From a bacterium (GTDB taxonomy: Bacteria; Krumholzibacteriota; Krumholzibacteriia; G020349025), in the NCBI GenBank assembly GCA_031362565.1, contig JANLSU010000039.1, forward strand, positions 163,229-227,228: DNA of 64,000 nt, written 5' to 3'. The translations under genes and the position numbers were made by a program. Each line of letters begins with the position of its first letter. Positions within the stretch are counted from its first letter, which is position 1. This document shows positions 28,077 to 37,929 of this stretch, piece after piece. The notes under the pieces were generated by a model. The model ran no database searches and was not told where the DNA came from. It saw only the letters and a list, made by a program, of their open reading frames with translations.

Positions 28077-29165
28077 CTACTGCAACTTGATCGTCGACAG
28101 CGACAACATGACCAAGAGCGCGGCCACGATCCAGAAGCGCACCACGATCTTGGTCTCCGCCCAACCCAGGAGCTCGAAGTGGTGGTGCAACGGCGCCATG
28201 CGGAAAACCCGTTTGCCGAGCCAGCGGTACGAACCCACCTGGATCATGACCGAAAGCGCCTCCGCCACCAGAACACCGCCGACGAGAACCAGCAGGAATT
28301 CTTTTTTGACGAGCACCGCGACCGCCCCCAGCGCCCCGCCGAGCGCCAGCGAACCGGTGTCGCCCATGAACATTTCCGCCGGATGGGTGTTGTACCACAA
28401 GAACCCGAGTGCGGCCCCGACCATGGACATACAGAACACCGTCAATTCGCCGCTGCCCCGAATGAAGGGCACGTTGAGATACTCGGCGAACTTGAAGTTA
28501 CCGCTCACGTAGGCGAGGGCCGCGAAGGCTAGAAAAGCCAGTGAACACAGGCCGATGGCCAGGCCGTCCAGGCCGTCCGCCAGGTTCACCGCGTTCGACG
28601 ACCCGGCGATGACGGCCATCACGAATGGGATGTAGAGGAGCCCGAGTTCCAGCAAGTTGAGGTTCTTCAAGAACGGTACCGAGGTGCGGGTGGCGATCTC
28701 CGGCTGTTCCGGAAAAAAATACAACGTCGCGCCGATGAGCAGGCCGAGGCCGAACTGGCCGAGCATCTTGTAGCGGCCGATCAGGCCGTGGCGTGATTTC
28801 TTGACGATCTTGAGGTAATCGTCGAGAAAACCGATCGCCGCCATCCACACCGTCGCCAGCAATGCGAGCTGCACCTGCCGGCTGGTGAGATTCGCCCACA
28901 AGAGGGTTGGAATCACGCTGCTCACCAGAATCAGAATGCCGCCCATGCTGGGCGTACCGACTTTTTTCTGATGCGATTCGGGCGTGTCTTCCCGCACCGC
29001 CACCTTGCCCTGCATGCGGCGCAGGGTCTGAATGAGCCAGGGTCCAAGGACGAAACTAATCAAGAGCGCCGTCACCATGGCGTAGGCGGACCGGAACGTG
29101 ATGTACCGGAACACGTTGAAAATCGGCAACCGGTCGTGCAACGGATACAGGAGCCAGTAGAGCAT
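28077..29165 (-). CDS. mraY: Phospho-MurNAc-pentapeptide transferase
   Basis: KVGTPSMGG, GFLDDYLK, NAVNLADGLDGL, FMGDTGSLALG, MAPLHHHFE. Confidence 0.97.
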   Translation of the reverse strand: MLYWLLYPLHDRLPIFNVFRYITFRSAYAMVTALLISFVLGPWLIQTLRRMQGKVAVREDTPESHQKKVGTPSMGGILILVSSVIPTLLWANLTSRQVQLALLATVWMAAIGFLDDYLKIVKKSRHGLIGRYKMLGQFGLGLLIGATLYFFPEQPEIATRTSVPFLKNLNLLELGLLYIPFVMAVIAGSSNAVNLADGLDGLAIGLCSLAFLAFAALAYVSGNFKFAEYLNVPFIRGSGELTVFCMSMVGAALGFLWYNTHPAEMFMGDTGSLALGGALGAVAVLVKKEFLLVLVGGVLVAEALSVMIQVGSYRWLGKRVFRMAPLHHHFELLGWAETKIVVRFWIVAALLVMLSLSTIKLQ

Positions 29166-30548
29166 TCACGCCACCCCCGCCGAGAGCGCCGCCACGACGC
29201 GTTCCATATGGCTGCCGCGCGACCCCTTTACGAGCACCGCGTCGCGTGGCCGCACGAGCGCCTGCAGTGCTTCGACGAGCGCATCGTGGGTCGCAAAGTG
29301 CCGCGCCCGCGCTCCGAGCCCGGCGCGCGCCGCGGCTTCGACAGCGTGCGCCATCAGCGGCCCAAAACCAAAAAGGTACTCGATCTTCGCCGCCGCGACC
29401 CGCGCCCCCAGTTCGGCGTGCAGTGCCGCGGCATCAGTGCCGAGCTCCAGCATGTCGCCCAGGACGGCGATGCGGCGCGCCGCCGAACCGCCGAGCGATT
29501 CCACCGCCAGAGCCATCGAGTCGGGATTGGCGTTGTACGTGTCGTCCAGCACATCGATGTCGCCGAGGCGGGTCCATTGGCTGCGCTGGCCCGTGAAGAC
29601 GGCATGCGACAAGGCGTCGGCGGCCGCGGCAAGATCGGCGCCCCACTCGACCGCCAACGCGAGCGCCGCGGCGGCGTTCGTGGCGTTGCCGCGTCCCGGC
29701 CGCTGCAACACGAACTTCACACCGCGCATCTGGAGTTCCTGGCGTCCAGCCTCCAGCCCGCGCGCCGATTCGATCCGGTAACGGGCCCCCGGATCGAATC
29801 CGAACGACACGACGCGTTGGGCGCCGGCACGCTCCACCAGCATCGGATAGTACGGATCGTCGGCATTCAAGAGCGCGATCCCGGCCGGCCGCAGCGCCGC
29901 CAAGAGTTCGGATTTGGCGCGGGCGACGCCATCCTGCGAGCCGAACTTCTCGAGATGCGCCCGGCCGATGTTGGTAATGAGAACGGCATCCGGCGTCAAG
30001 ATCCGCGACAAGAGATCCAACTCGCCGAAATCGCTCGCGCCGGCCTCGGCGACGAGAAAGTCCTCGTCGCCGCTGCGGCCCAGGATCGTGAGCGGCACGC
30101 CGATATGGTTGTTCAGGTTGCCACGCGTCGCGTAGACGCGACCGCGGGTGGCGAGCGCCGCGAAGGTCAGATCCTTGGTCGTGGTCTTGCCGTTGGAGCC
30201 CGTGATGGCGACGACCCGCGGACGGCGCCGTTCGAGCGAGCCACGCGCCAGCGCCTGCAGCGCTGCCAGGGTGTCGTCGACACCGAAAGCCGCGTTGGTT
30301 CCGGCGGGCAGCGACGCCAGTGTCTCGGGCCGCACGACCACGCCTGTGGCGCCACGCCGCAGGACATCCGGCACGAAAGAGTGGGCGTCGAAGTTCTCAC
30401 CCACGAGCGCCACGAAGAGTCGGCCCGCCACGTCGTGGCGCGAGTCGGTCACCACACCATCGAACACCTGGCCGGCGACACCGGCCGCGGCACGCAACCC
30501 ACCGGCCTGCTGCAGATCGGCTTGCACATCTTCGGCGCGCAGCATCAT
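29166..30548 (-). CDS. murF: UDP-MurNAc-tripeptide--D-Ala-D-Ala ligase
   Basis: [52 protein letters not shown]. Confidence 0.96.
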   Translation of the reverse strand: MMLRAEDVQADLQQAGGLRAAAGVAGQVFDGVVTDSRHDVAGRLFVALVGENFDAHSFVPDVLRRGATGVVVRPETLASLPAGTNAAFGVDDTLAALQALARGSLERRRPRVVAITGSNGKTTTKDLTFAALATRGRVYATRGNLNNHIGVPLTILGRSGDEDFLVAEAGASDFGELDLLSRILTPDAVLITNIGRAHLEKFGSQDGVARAKSELLAALRPAGIALLNADDPYYPMLVERAGAQRVVSFGFDPGARYRIESARGLEAGRQELQMRGVKFVLQRPGRGNATNAAAALALAVEWGADLAAAADALSHAVFTGQRSQWTRLGDIDVLDDTYNANPDSMALAVESLGGSAARRIAVLGDMLELGTDAAALHAELGARVAAAKIEYLFGFGPLMAHAVEAAARAGLGARARHFATHDALVEALQALVRPRDAVLVKGSRGSHMERVVAALSAGVA

Positions 30549-32041
30549 GCGGCACCGCCGGTGCGCACGCGCGCCTCGAGTGCAGCCGCGGCCACTTCAC
30601 GATCGTCGAAGTGGCGCCGCTCCGTGCCGACGATCTGATACGTCTCGTGCCCCTTGCCGGCGATGACGACGAGGTCGTCGGGCATCGCCAACTCGATGGC
30701 ACGTTGGATCGCCCGCTGGCGATCGGCGATACGCTCGGAATCCTTGCGGCCCGCCGGCCAACCGGCCTGCACTTCGTCGAGAATCCGTTCCGGATCTTCG
30801 GTGCGGGGGTTGTCGGACGTCAGCACCGCGAAGTCGGCGAACTGGGCGACCGCCGCCGCCATCAGCGGCCGCTTGCCGCGATCGCGGTCACCGCCGCAGC
30901 CGAAGACCGCAATCAAACGATTGTGGGTCAAGGCGCGGCCGGTGGCGAGGACGCGCTCCAGCGCTTCCGGCGTGTGGGCGTAGTCGACGACGACATGCGG
31001 CGCGCCGGGGCGCGAGACGAGTTCGAACCGCCCCGGCACCGCTGGTGCATGGCTCAATGCAGCGATGGCGCTTTCGAACGGCACCCCGAGCAAGAAACTC
31101 GCGGCGCAAGCAGTCGCGGCATTTTGCACTTGGAATGCGCCCGGCAACGGCAAGAAGAACGGCCGCGGGCCCTGGCCCCAATCGAACACGATGCGATTGC
31201 CGTCGAGCCGGGTCTCGGAACCCACCAGGCGCAGATCGGCCCGCGAGTCGCTGCCGTAGGTGAAAGAGGCGCCGGGATGGGCCGCCGCGATGCGCGCCGA
31301 CTCGGCATCGTCGAGATTGTAGGCGGCGCGCACGGCGCCATTCTCGGCGACGAGGCCATGCATCCAGCTGGCTTTGACCGCCGAGTATGCCGCGAAGGTG
31401 CCGTGATAGTCCTGGTGGTCGCGGGTGATATTGGTGAGGCAGCCGGCGTCGAAATGCAAACCGTGAATGCGCTCCTGATGGATGGCATGCGAACTCACTT
31501 CCATCGCCACGGCGCGCGCGCCGCGATCGCGAAGGCGCGCCAGGAGTTCCTGCAACTCGAGGCCCGAAGGTGTGGTGTGCGCCAGCGCGCCGTACGGCTC
31601 ACGCCCGAGCCGCCAGCCGATCGTCCCGATGAGACCGCAGGGTCCAACACAGGTTTCGAGGACATGTTGCACGAGGTGCGCCGCGGTGGTTTTGCCGTTC
31701 GTGCCGGTGACGCCGAACAAGCGCAGGGCGCGTGCCGGGTAATCGAACCACGCGGCCGCAACCTCGGCGAGGGCGCGATGGGCGTCCTTCACGACCACAC
31801 CCGCCGGCGCGACCCCGGCCGCGTCGCGTTCGCCGACGACCGCGACAGCCCCCTTCTGAACGGCGGCGGCGAGATACTGGAAACCATCATGCGTCCCGCC
31901 GGGGACCGCCACGAAGACGCTGCCCGGGGTCACCAGGCGCGAGTCGGCCGCAATGCCGGTGACGGGAGTGTCGAGATCGCCCCAGGAGCCGAGCACCTGG
32001 GTCTCTCGCAGCAGATCCCGCAGCGATTTCGCGCCCGTCAT
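30545..32041 (-). CDS. murE: UDP-MurNAc-dipeptide--meso-DAP ligase
   Basis: [38 protein letters not shown] (DAP-specific), GKGHE.YQ; start trimmed to ATG 32041. Confidence 0.96.
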   Translation of the reverse strand: MTGAKSLRDLLRETQVLGSWGDLDTPVTGIAADSRLVTPGSVFVAVPGGTHDGFQYLAAAVQKGAVAVVGERDAAGVAPAGVVVKDAHRALAEVAAAWFDYPARALRLFGVTGTNGKTTAAHLVQHVLETCVGPCGLIGTIGWRLGREPYGALAHTTPSGLELQELLARLRDRGARAVAMEVSSHAIHQERIHGLHFDAGCLTNITRDHQDYHGTFAAYSAVKASWMHGLVAENGAVRAAYNLDDAESARIAAAHPGASFTYGSDSRADLRLVGSETRLDGNRIVFDWGQGPRPFFLPLPGAFQVQNAATACAASFLLGVPFESAIAALSHAPAVPGRFELVSRPGAPHVVVDYAHTPEALERVLATGRALTHNRLIAVFGCGGDRDRGKRPLMAAAVAQFADFAVLTSDNPRTEDPERILDEVQAGWPAGRKDSERIADRQRAIQRAIELAMPDDLVVIAGKGHETYQIVGTERRHFDDREVAAAALEARVRTGGAA

Positions 32042-32081
32042 CGTTGGCTCCTTGGTCCCTGGGCGCGTGACCCCACGTGCG

Positions 32082-34049
32082 TCAAGGATTCCACAGTGCA
32101 GCACGTTGAGGCATGCCGCGTGCCGGGCGGCAGCGCAGTTTGACGACGCCGCCGCGCGCCACCGTCGCCCCCGGCCCCGGCCATTGTGCCATGACGATGC
32201 CGTCGCCATCGGACCGCGGTTCGATGCCCAAGCGCCGCAGCAAGCGTGCCGCCACCTGCAGGCGCTCGCCGCGCAGATCGGGCAGCGCCGTGGGTTCGAG
32301 CGACGCGACGCGGCGCGGCGAAGCCAGCGGCGAATCGTGCGTTTGCAGCGCATCGCCCTGCACCAGGAGAACCCGGTCGGCACGCGGCTCGAGGTAGTGG
32401 GTGCCATGCAGCATGGCTTCGACGATACGCCGGAAAGTCGGCGCCGCCGATTGCGCACCCCAGTGATACATGCCGCTCGGCTCGTCGATCACCACCAAGC
32501 AGACGAGCGTCGGATCGTCGGCCGGCACGAAGCCCCCGAAGCTGGCGACGAAGCGTGAGACGTAGCGCCCACCCACCGCTTTTTGGGCGGTGCCCGTCTT
32601 GCCGGCGGCGAGCAAGCCGTCGACGCGCGCGGCGTCACCCGTGCCTTCGTCGACCACCAGCCGGCACAGGTCACGCAATTGGGTCGCCAATTCGGGCGTC
32701 GCCACGGTGCGAATCTGCTTGGCGGCGAACGCGACCCGCGTGCCGCCGTCGCGATTCAAGACGCGCTTCGCAATCGCCGGTTGAACGAGTTGCCCGCCGT
32801 TGGCGATCGCGGTGTAGAGGCCGGCGAGTTGTACCGCGGTGACGCCGATCTCTTGGCCGTAGCCCAGACACAACGGCGTGCGGCCCGACCAGCCGCGCGG
32901 CACCGACAGCGAGCCGGCGACCTCACCCGGCAGCGCGACGCCGGTCAGGCTGCCGAAGCCGAAAGCGCGCAGTTCGTCGTACAGTTCGCCGGGAGGAATC
33001 GCGCGCGCCACTTTCGCAAAACAGATGTTGCTCGACTTGGCAAAAGCCTGCGCGAACGTCAACCAGCCATCGCCGCTTTCATGGGCATCGTGAATGATGC
33101 CGGCGCTGCCGAACGACATCGCACCGCGTTCGGCGTACAAGAGCGTGTTGGGGTTGACGATCCCACGCCGCAGGGCGGCGAATGCGGTGAGCGGTTTGAG
33201 AGTCGAACCCGGTTCGAACAAATCGGTCACGGCGCGATTGCGCCACACCGCCGGATCGAAGTCGCCGCCGCGCTCGGCCGGAGCGGGCGCGCTGGCGCAC
33301 GCCAGAATGTCGCCAACGCGCGGATCGATCATCACGACGCAACCGCCATGCGCCCCGAACTTTTGCACGGCGCGGCGCAATTCGGCATCGGCGATCATCT
33401 GCAAGTCGACGTCGATCGCCAACTCGACGTCCGCACCATCTTCCGGATCCCGGCGCATGTGCATCGCCAGCGGATCGCCATCCTCGTCCTTCAGAACCAC
33501 GACTTCTCCGGGCTTGCCGCTCAGGTACGTGTCGAAAGCCTTCTCGATGCCGTCGACACCCTTGCCGCCGCCGTCCGTGAAGCCGAGCGCCTGGGCCGCG
33601 AGCGTCCCGAATGGATACTGCCGGAAGCTGCGCTTTTCGATGCAGACACCTGGCAGCGATCCCAAGCGGCGCAGGCCTTCGGGGGTGAGCGTCATGCCGC
33701 GCCGCAGCGTCACGTAGCGATCGCCACGCTGCAGCTTGGATTGCATCGCCGCCGGGCTTTCGGCCAGGGCCTCGGCCAAGGCATCGATGTCGGTGGCACG
33801 CAGGCGCTTTTTCACCACCGAGACGTCGTAGCCGACGATGTCGAATGCCATCGGACGGCCGTTGCGATCGACAATCCGGCCGCGCCGGGCCGGCACCGCT
33901 TGCACGCGCACCGACTGGCGCTTCTGCAACGATCTGAAGTGCGGGTAACGCAGCACTTGGAGATAAAAGAGCCGCACGCCGAGCATGGCCACGAGAACGA
34001 ATACGGCAGCCGACAGGACATCGAGTCGGCTCCGGCCCCGTATACGCAT
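32082..34049 (-). CDS. ftsI: Class B PBP (FtsI/PBP3) with a C-terminal PASTA domain
   Basis: [16 protein letters not shown] (SxxK), [27 protein letters not shown]. Confidence 0.93.
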   Translation of the reverse strand: MRIRGRSRLDVLSAAVFVLVAMLGVRLFYLQVLRYPHFRSLQKRQSVRVQAVPARRGRIVDRNGRPMAFDIVGYDVSVVKKRLRATDIDALAEALAESPAAMQSKLQRGDRYVTLRRGMTLTPEGLRRLGSLPGVCIEKRSFRQYPFGTLAAQALGFTDGGGKGVDGIEKAFDTYLSGKPGEVVVLKDEDGDPLAMHMRRDPEDGADVELAIDVDLQMIADAELRRAVQKFGAHGGCVVMIDPRVGDILACASAPAPAERGGDFDPAVWRNRAVTDLFEPGSTLKPLTAFAALRRGIVNPNTLLYAERGAMSFGSAGIIHDAHESGDGWLTFAQAFAKSSNICFAKVARAIPPGELYDELRAFGFGSLTGVALPGEVAGSLSVPRGWSGRTPLCLGYGQEIGVTAVQLAGLYTAIANGGQLVQPAIAKRVLNRDGGTRVAFAAKQIRTVATPELATQLRDLCRLVVDEGTGDAARVDGLLAAGKTGTAQKAVGGRYVSRFVASFGGFVPADDPTLVCLVVIDEPSGMYHWGAQSAAPTFRRIVEAMLHGTHYLEPRADRVLLVQGDALQTHDSPLASPRRVASLEPTALPDLRGERLQVAARLLRRLGIEPRSDGDGIVMAQWPGPGATVARGGVVKLRCRPARGMPQRAALWNP

Positions 34050-34090
34050 GGCACTCTCCGGTTCGGTTGCGGCGGTCGCGCGGGCGTCCG

Positions 34091-34501
34091 TCAGTGGCGA
34101 TCAGACCGTGGCCGGGCGCCGACACGCAGGCCGGCTTCACGGCCGCGATCCGGTGGTACGTAGTAAATGTAAGCGAAGGCCTCGCCGGACGGCGCAACGA
34201 GACCGAGCTGGTGTTCCGCGAGCGCCATTACACGGCTGCGATCGGCGAGCGCATTGGCGCGTGCCGCCAACACCGATTCGGCGTCGCGCAGCGCGACGAC
34301 GCGCTCCTCGAGCTTGAACACGTGGCGATTGAGCTGCACGGCGTAGGTGCGTTCACCAACGTACAGCAGAGCGAGCACCAGGAAGACGAAGGCCGCGACG
34401 ACGTAGTCGCCGGGGCGCGGGTGCCATGGATCGAGGCCCTCGATCCAACGCTGCCATCGCCGGCGCCGCGGGCGCCGGAGGTATCGAGTCCGTTCGCGCA
34501 T
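34091..34501 (-). CDS. ftsL: FtsL-like cell division protein
   Basis: Basic N-terminus, single TM, coiled coil, RV..LA..QLGL..P; between rsmH and ftsI. Confidence 0.72.
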   Translation of the reverse strand: MRERTRYLRRPRRRRWQRWIEGLDPWHPRPGDYVVAAFVFLVLALLYVGERTYAVQLNRHVFKLEERVVALRDAESVLAARANALADRSRVMALAEHQLGLVAPSGEAFAYIYYVPPDRGREAGLRVGARPRSDRH

Positions 34502-34616
34502 CGTCCCCGCCCTCGGCCCCGCCCAACCACCCAAGCGCTACGCTATTCGACGGCACGGGCCGCGCGCGCCCGCGCGGCCCGTTGCGGTCTCCGAGCCTCG
34601 TTTCCCCATTCCGGTG

Positions 34617-35543
34617 TCAGGCGGCGCGCTGCAGGGCCCGCAAGCGCGCGCTGCGCGCCCGCGGATTCTCAGCCACCTCTTCGGGCGACGCGAACACCGC
34701 CCGCCGCGCGACCAACCGGAATCCCGCTACGAAGCCGCACGCGCAGTACGGCAGTTTCGGCGGGCAAGTGCAGCCTTCCACCTGTTGGCGGAAGAACTGC
34801 TTGACCATGCGGTCCTCGAGCGAGTGATAGCTGAGCACCGCAAAGGTGGAGCCGGGCGCAAGCACGCCGAGCGCAGTTCCAAGGCCCTCGCGCAGGTTTT
34901 CCAGTTCACCATTCACCACAATCCGCACCCCCTGGAAAACCCTAGCCAAAGCCTGGACTCGCTTGCGCCCGGACACCGTCCGTTCCACGACAGCCGCCAA
35001 GTCCGCTGTCGTGCCGAGCGGCGCCTTGCGCCGCTCGTGAATGAGGTTCCGGGCAATCCGCCGAGCCAGAGGCTCTTCGCCGAAATCGCGCAACACCTGC
35101 GCGATTTCCTCCTCGTCGGCCGCGTTCAAGAACTCCGCCGCGGTCCGACCTGACTGCGGATCCATCCGCATATCGAGCGGCCCTGCCGCCCGGTAACTGA
35201 AGCCGCGTACCGTTTCGTCGATCTGCAGTGACGAAACGCCGAGATCCAAGACGATCGCATCGACGCTTTCGATCCCGAGCCCGCGCAGGTGCCGATCGAG
35301 CTCTGCGTAACTGCCGTGCACCAGCCGGACTCGATCTCCGAACGGCCGGAGGCGCTCGGCGGCAAACTCCAGCGCCGCCGCGTCGACGTCCAGGCCGACC
35401 AGTTGCGCCTCGGGCAGCCGTTCTAAGATCGCCGCCGCGTGGCCGCCGAGCCCAACCGTCGCATCCAGAACCAAGCGTCCTGGACCTTGCTGCACGATGC
35501 CGACCACTTCGTCGCACAGAACCGGAACGTGTCGCGCCGTCAT
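34617..35543 (-). CDS. rsmH: 16S rRNA m4C1402 methyltransferase
   Basis: HVPVL, DATVGLGGH, DLGVSSLQID..RGFSY..GPLDMRMD, SYHSLEDR.VK, ENPRARSARLR. Confidence 0.97.
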   Translation of the reverse strand: MTARHVPVLCDEVVGIVQQGPGRLVLDATVGLGGHAAAILERLPEAQLVGLDVDAAALEFAAERLRPFGDRVRLVHGSYAELDRHLRGLGIESVDAIVLDLGVSSLQIDETVRGFSYRAAGPLDMRMDPQSGRTAAEFLNAADEEEIAQVLRDFGEEPLARRIARNLIHERRKAPLGTTADLAAVVERTVSGRKRVQALARVFQGVRIVVNGELENLREGLGTALGVLAPGSTFAVLSYHSLEDRMVKQFFRQQVEGCTCPPKLPYCACGFVAGFRLVARRAVFASPEEVAENPRARSARLRALQRAA

Positions 35544-35580
35544 GCGCGCCGTCCATTGTCGAACGCCGGCGCTCTGCCCC

Positions 35581-35985
35581 TCAAGACGCGGTCGGATGCG
35601 CCTCGAGCGCCGCGCCGGCGTGCAAGAGCGACCAAACCGCCGCATGTGTGTCGTCGGTCATTGAAACGTGCCGGGGCACGCCGCCAAAGTCGAGAATTTG
35701 CCGGACGTACGGCGATGCATCGCTGAACACGAGTTTCCCGCCCTGCGATTCGACGGCGCGGTGCAGCGATAGCAGTGAATCGAAGGCGCGGAAGTGAATA
35801 TGGTTGACGCGCTCGAGGGAGCACACGAACCCCTTCACACCCTGGGCCGCCAGGCCACCAATGCGGCCGAGCAGAGCCTCGACCGCATTACGGTCCAGGG
35901 TCCCGACACAGTACGCGATCGCCATCGAACCGTGGATACTGATTAGAATCCGCGACGATGATGTGCGTGCAGCCCGGGCCATCAT
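35581..35985 (-). CDS. STAS-domain (anti-anti-sigma-like) protein inside the dcw cluster
   Basis: GTLD, SLERVNHIH..AFDSLL..HRAVESQGGKLVFSDASPYVRQILDFGG; GGGGAGGGG RBS. Confidence 0.72.
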   Translation of the reverse strand: MMARAARTSSSRILISIHGSMAIAYCVGTLDRNAVEALLGRIGGLAAQGVKGFVCSLERVNHIHFRAFDSLLSLHRAVESQGGKLVFSDASPYVRQILDFGGVPRHVSMTDDTHAAVWSLLHAGAALEAHPTAS

Positions 35986-36023
35986 CCCCTCCCCGTCGTG
36001 CGCCCCCTCGGCGCACTCCCCAC

Positions 36024-36455
36024 CTACAAAATCTCGTTCAAGATACTGCTCGAATCTTGGCTGCGTTTGCCGGCGTCGCGCTCGTATGGTTCGCGCGCCC
36101 AAAGCTCGATATAGCGCAGCTGTCCAACCAACGCCACTTCACGATCGATCCCGGCTCGAACCAGAAACTCCCGCGGTACCGTCAGCCGTCCGTTGGTGTC
36201 GAGTTCAAGCTCGGTCGTGTTGTCACTGATGGCCCGAATTGCGTTCCGCTTCGCCTCGCTGCGTGGCATGCTGTCGAGGTGCTCCGCCAAGCGAGCCCAC
36301 TCGGTCAGCGGGTAGAGCAGGAGACACTGCTCGCGCCCTACCGTCAGGACCATCGTGTCCTGATCGTCCGGGGTCAGGAGCCGTTTGAAGCGGGCTGGAA
36401 GGACGACGCGACCCTTGGAGTCAGCGGTCTGGAACTGAGTTCCGATGAAGCGCAC
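36024..36455 (-). CDS. mraZ: Division/cell-wall cluster regulator MraZ
   Basis: DSKGRVVLP, CLLLYP..EW, ELDTNGRLTVP, IELW. Confidence 0.95.
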   Translation of the reverse strand: MRFIGTQFQTADSKGRVVLPARFKRLLTPDDQDTMVLTVGREQCLLLYPLTEWARLAEHLDSMPRSEAKRNAIRAISDNTTELELDTNGRLTVPREFLVRAGIDREVALVGQLRYIELWAREPYERDAGKRSQDSSSILNEIL

Positions 36456-36484
36456 TGTCGCGACTCCCGGTCCGCTACGTGTCG

Positions 36485-36530
36485 TTCACTTCGACTCACT
36501 TTGCCCCACTCCTACCCACTTCGACCCACG
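36485..36530 (-). promoter_or_regulatory. MraZ-binding direct repeats (five, 10-bp period)
   Basis: Minus strand CGTGGG-tcga-AGTGGG-tagg-AGTGGG-gcaa-AGTGAG-tcga-AGTGAA. Confidence 0.85.
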
Positions 36531-36534
36531 GCGC

Positions 36535-36564
36535 ACTCTATCCACCCTCGGGGCTGGGGGTCAA
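36535..36564 (-). promoter_or_regulatory. dcw (Pmra) sigma70 promoter
   Basis: Minus strand TTGACC-N18-TAGAGT, immediately upstream of the MraZ repeats. Confidence 0.6.
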
Positions 36565-36663
36565 GCGACAAAATCGCACCCGTGGAGTGCGGATGCAATC
36601 GCCTGTGGTGAATAAAGTTGTCTTGGAGCGGCGGTTCCGGTGCGGGCGCCGGGCAGCGATCCG

Positions 36664-37857
36664 TCAGGCGCGTCGGGCGCCGGGGCCGAAGATCCCGAAC
36701 GAACTCGTATAGCCATGCACGCGCGTCGCGCCGGCCACCGGGCCGATCTCGCCATTGCAGAAAAAACCGCCCAGCGGCAGCGGGCCCAGCCGTTCGCGGA
36801 ACAGATCGGTGTCGTGATCGGCCGCCCCGTAGAGGTGGACTCCGCGCCCCAAACACGAGAACAACAGCGCGCCGCGGGCGTTTGCGGCCGCCGGCGCGGC
36901 TCGAAAACGATCCAGATGCTGGGCGAGATCGTCGCCGGAAGTGCGCGCGTCGCGGACGTGGAACTGCACGGTTTGGCCGTCGCGCAGGCGCTCGCCGACG
37001 GCCAGAATTCCCCGCTCGGCATCGACGCCGATCAGATTGCGAATCAGGAAATCGCCGCCCCCACCGCCCGGCAACACCGCATCGGTCGCGACACCGACGA
37101 ACAGGTTCTGCGATACGAGTTCACGATCGCGCCCCTCCAACGTGTCCAACATCTGGCGGATGAGCAGGAGTGGCGACTGCCCCTCGAGTTCGATCAGCAA
37201 GTTTTCATGGCAGCGCGTGATCTGCAACGGACGGCCGATGGGCCGGCAGCCCTGCGCGACCACGGTCTCGATGCGCACATCGCCCGTCAGAGCGACGCCG
37301 ACGGCACCATCGAGCAAAGCGGCATCGCCGAGTAAGAGCCGGTTTTCACCCGGCCCACGCGCGGCGCTCGCGAGCCCACCGACCTTGGTGCTGCGCGGAT
37401 AGGCATAGTCGAGGCCCGCGAGCAACGCATCGGCCCGGCAAGAGAACGGATCTGCGAGGACGATGAACTCCGGCGCCGGGTCCGGCAGAACGGCGAGCGC
37501 GGCGTGCCAAGCGGCCGGTGGGGCGTCCTCGTCCGGCAATGCATCCGGTGCGAGCGCGAACGGCGTCACCACGACATTCGGAAGCCGGGCGGCGGTGAGA
37601 GCGAGCGCCGGGCGATGCTCCACCTCGTGCCCGCCGCCGATGACACCTTCGGCCGTGCAGCCGAGCAGCATCCGGTGCGGCAGCACGTCGCAGAGCGCCA
37701 CTGCAAGGCGCGGTGCGTGGGCGGCAAATGCAGTGGATACGAATGCGACGACGAGGTCGGCTGTACCGCCGCCGAGATCGGCGCGGACAGCGGCCGCAGC
37801 GTCGGCGACTGCGGCATCGAACGTGCGCGCTTCGGAAACCGCGGATGCCCAGCGCAT
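36664..37857 (-). CDS. FIST (N and C) domain signal-transduction protein
   Basis: GCTAEGVIG..EVE, LADPFS, GGLAS, VAQGCRPIG, QFHVRD, LFSCLGRG, GFFCNGEIGPV..HGYT. Confidence 0.92.
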   Translation of the reverse strand: MRWASAVSEARTFDAAVADAAAAVRADLGGGTADLVVAFVSTAFAAHAPRLAVALCDVLPHRMLLGCTAEGVIGGGHEVEHRPALALTAARLPNVVVTPFALAPDALPDEDAPPAAWHAALAVLPDPAPEFIVLADPFSCRADALLAGLDYAYPRSTKVGGLASAARGPGENRLLLGDAALLDGAVGVALTGDVRIETVVAQGCRPIGRPLQITRCHENLLIELEGQSPLLLIRQMLDTLEGRDRELVSQNLFVGVATDAVLPGGGGGDFLIRNLIGVDAERGILAVGERLRDGQTVQFHVRDARTSGDDLAQHLDRFRAAPAAANARGALLFSCLGRGVHLYGAADHDTDLFRERLGPLPLGGFFCNGEIGPVAGATRVHGYTSSFGIFGPGARRA

Positions 37858-37929
37858 GTGCCTCCCCAAGGAGCCCCATCCTACACCACGGCGCCTGCGG
37901 GCCGTCCGGCCGGCGACCCATCCCCACAC

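Noticed and set aside
24460..32458. Apparent N-terminal extensions of MurG (673 aa), MurE (637 aa) and FtsW
   Set aside because: Open frames overlapping upstream genes; real starts are at 25542, 32041 and 26681.
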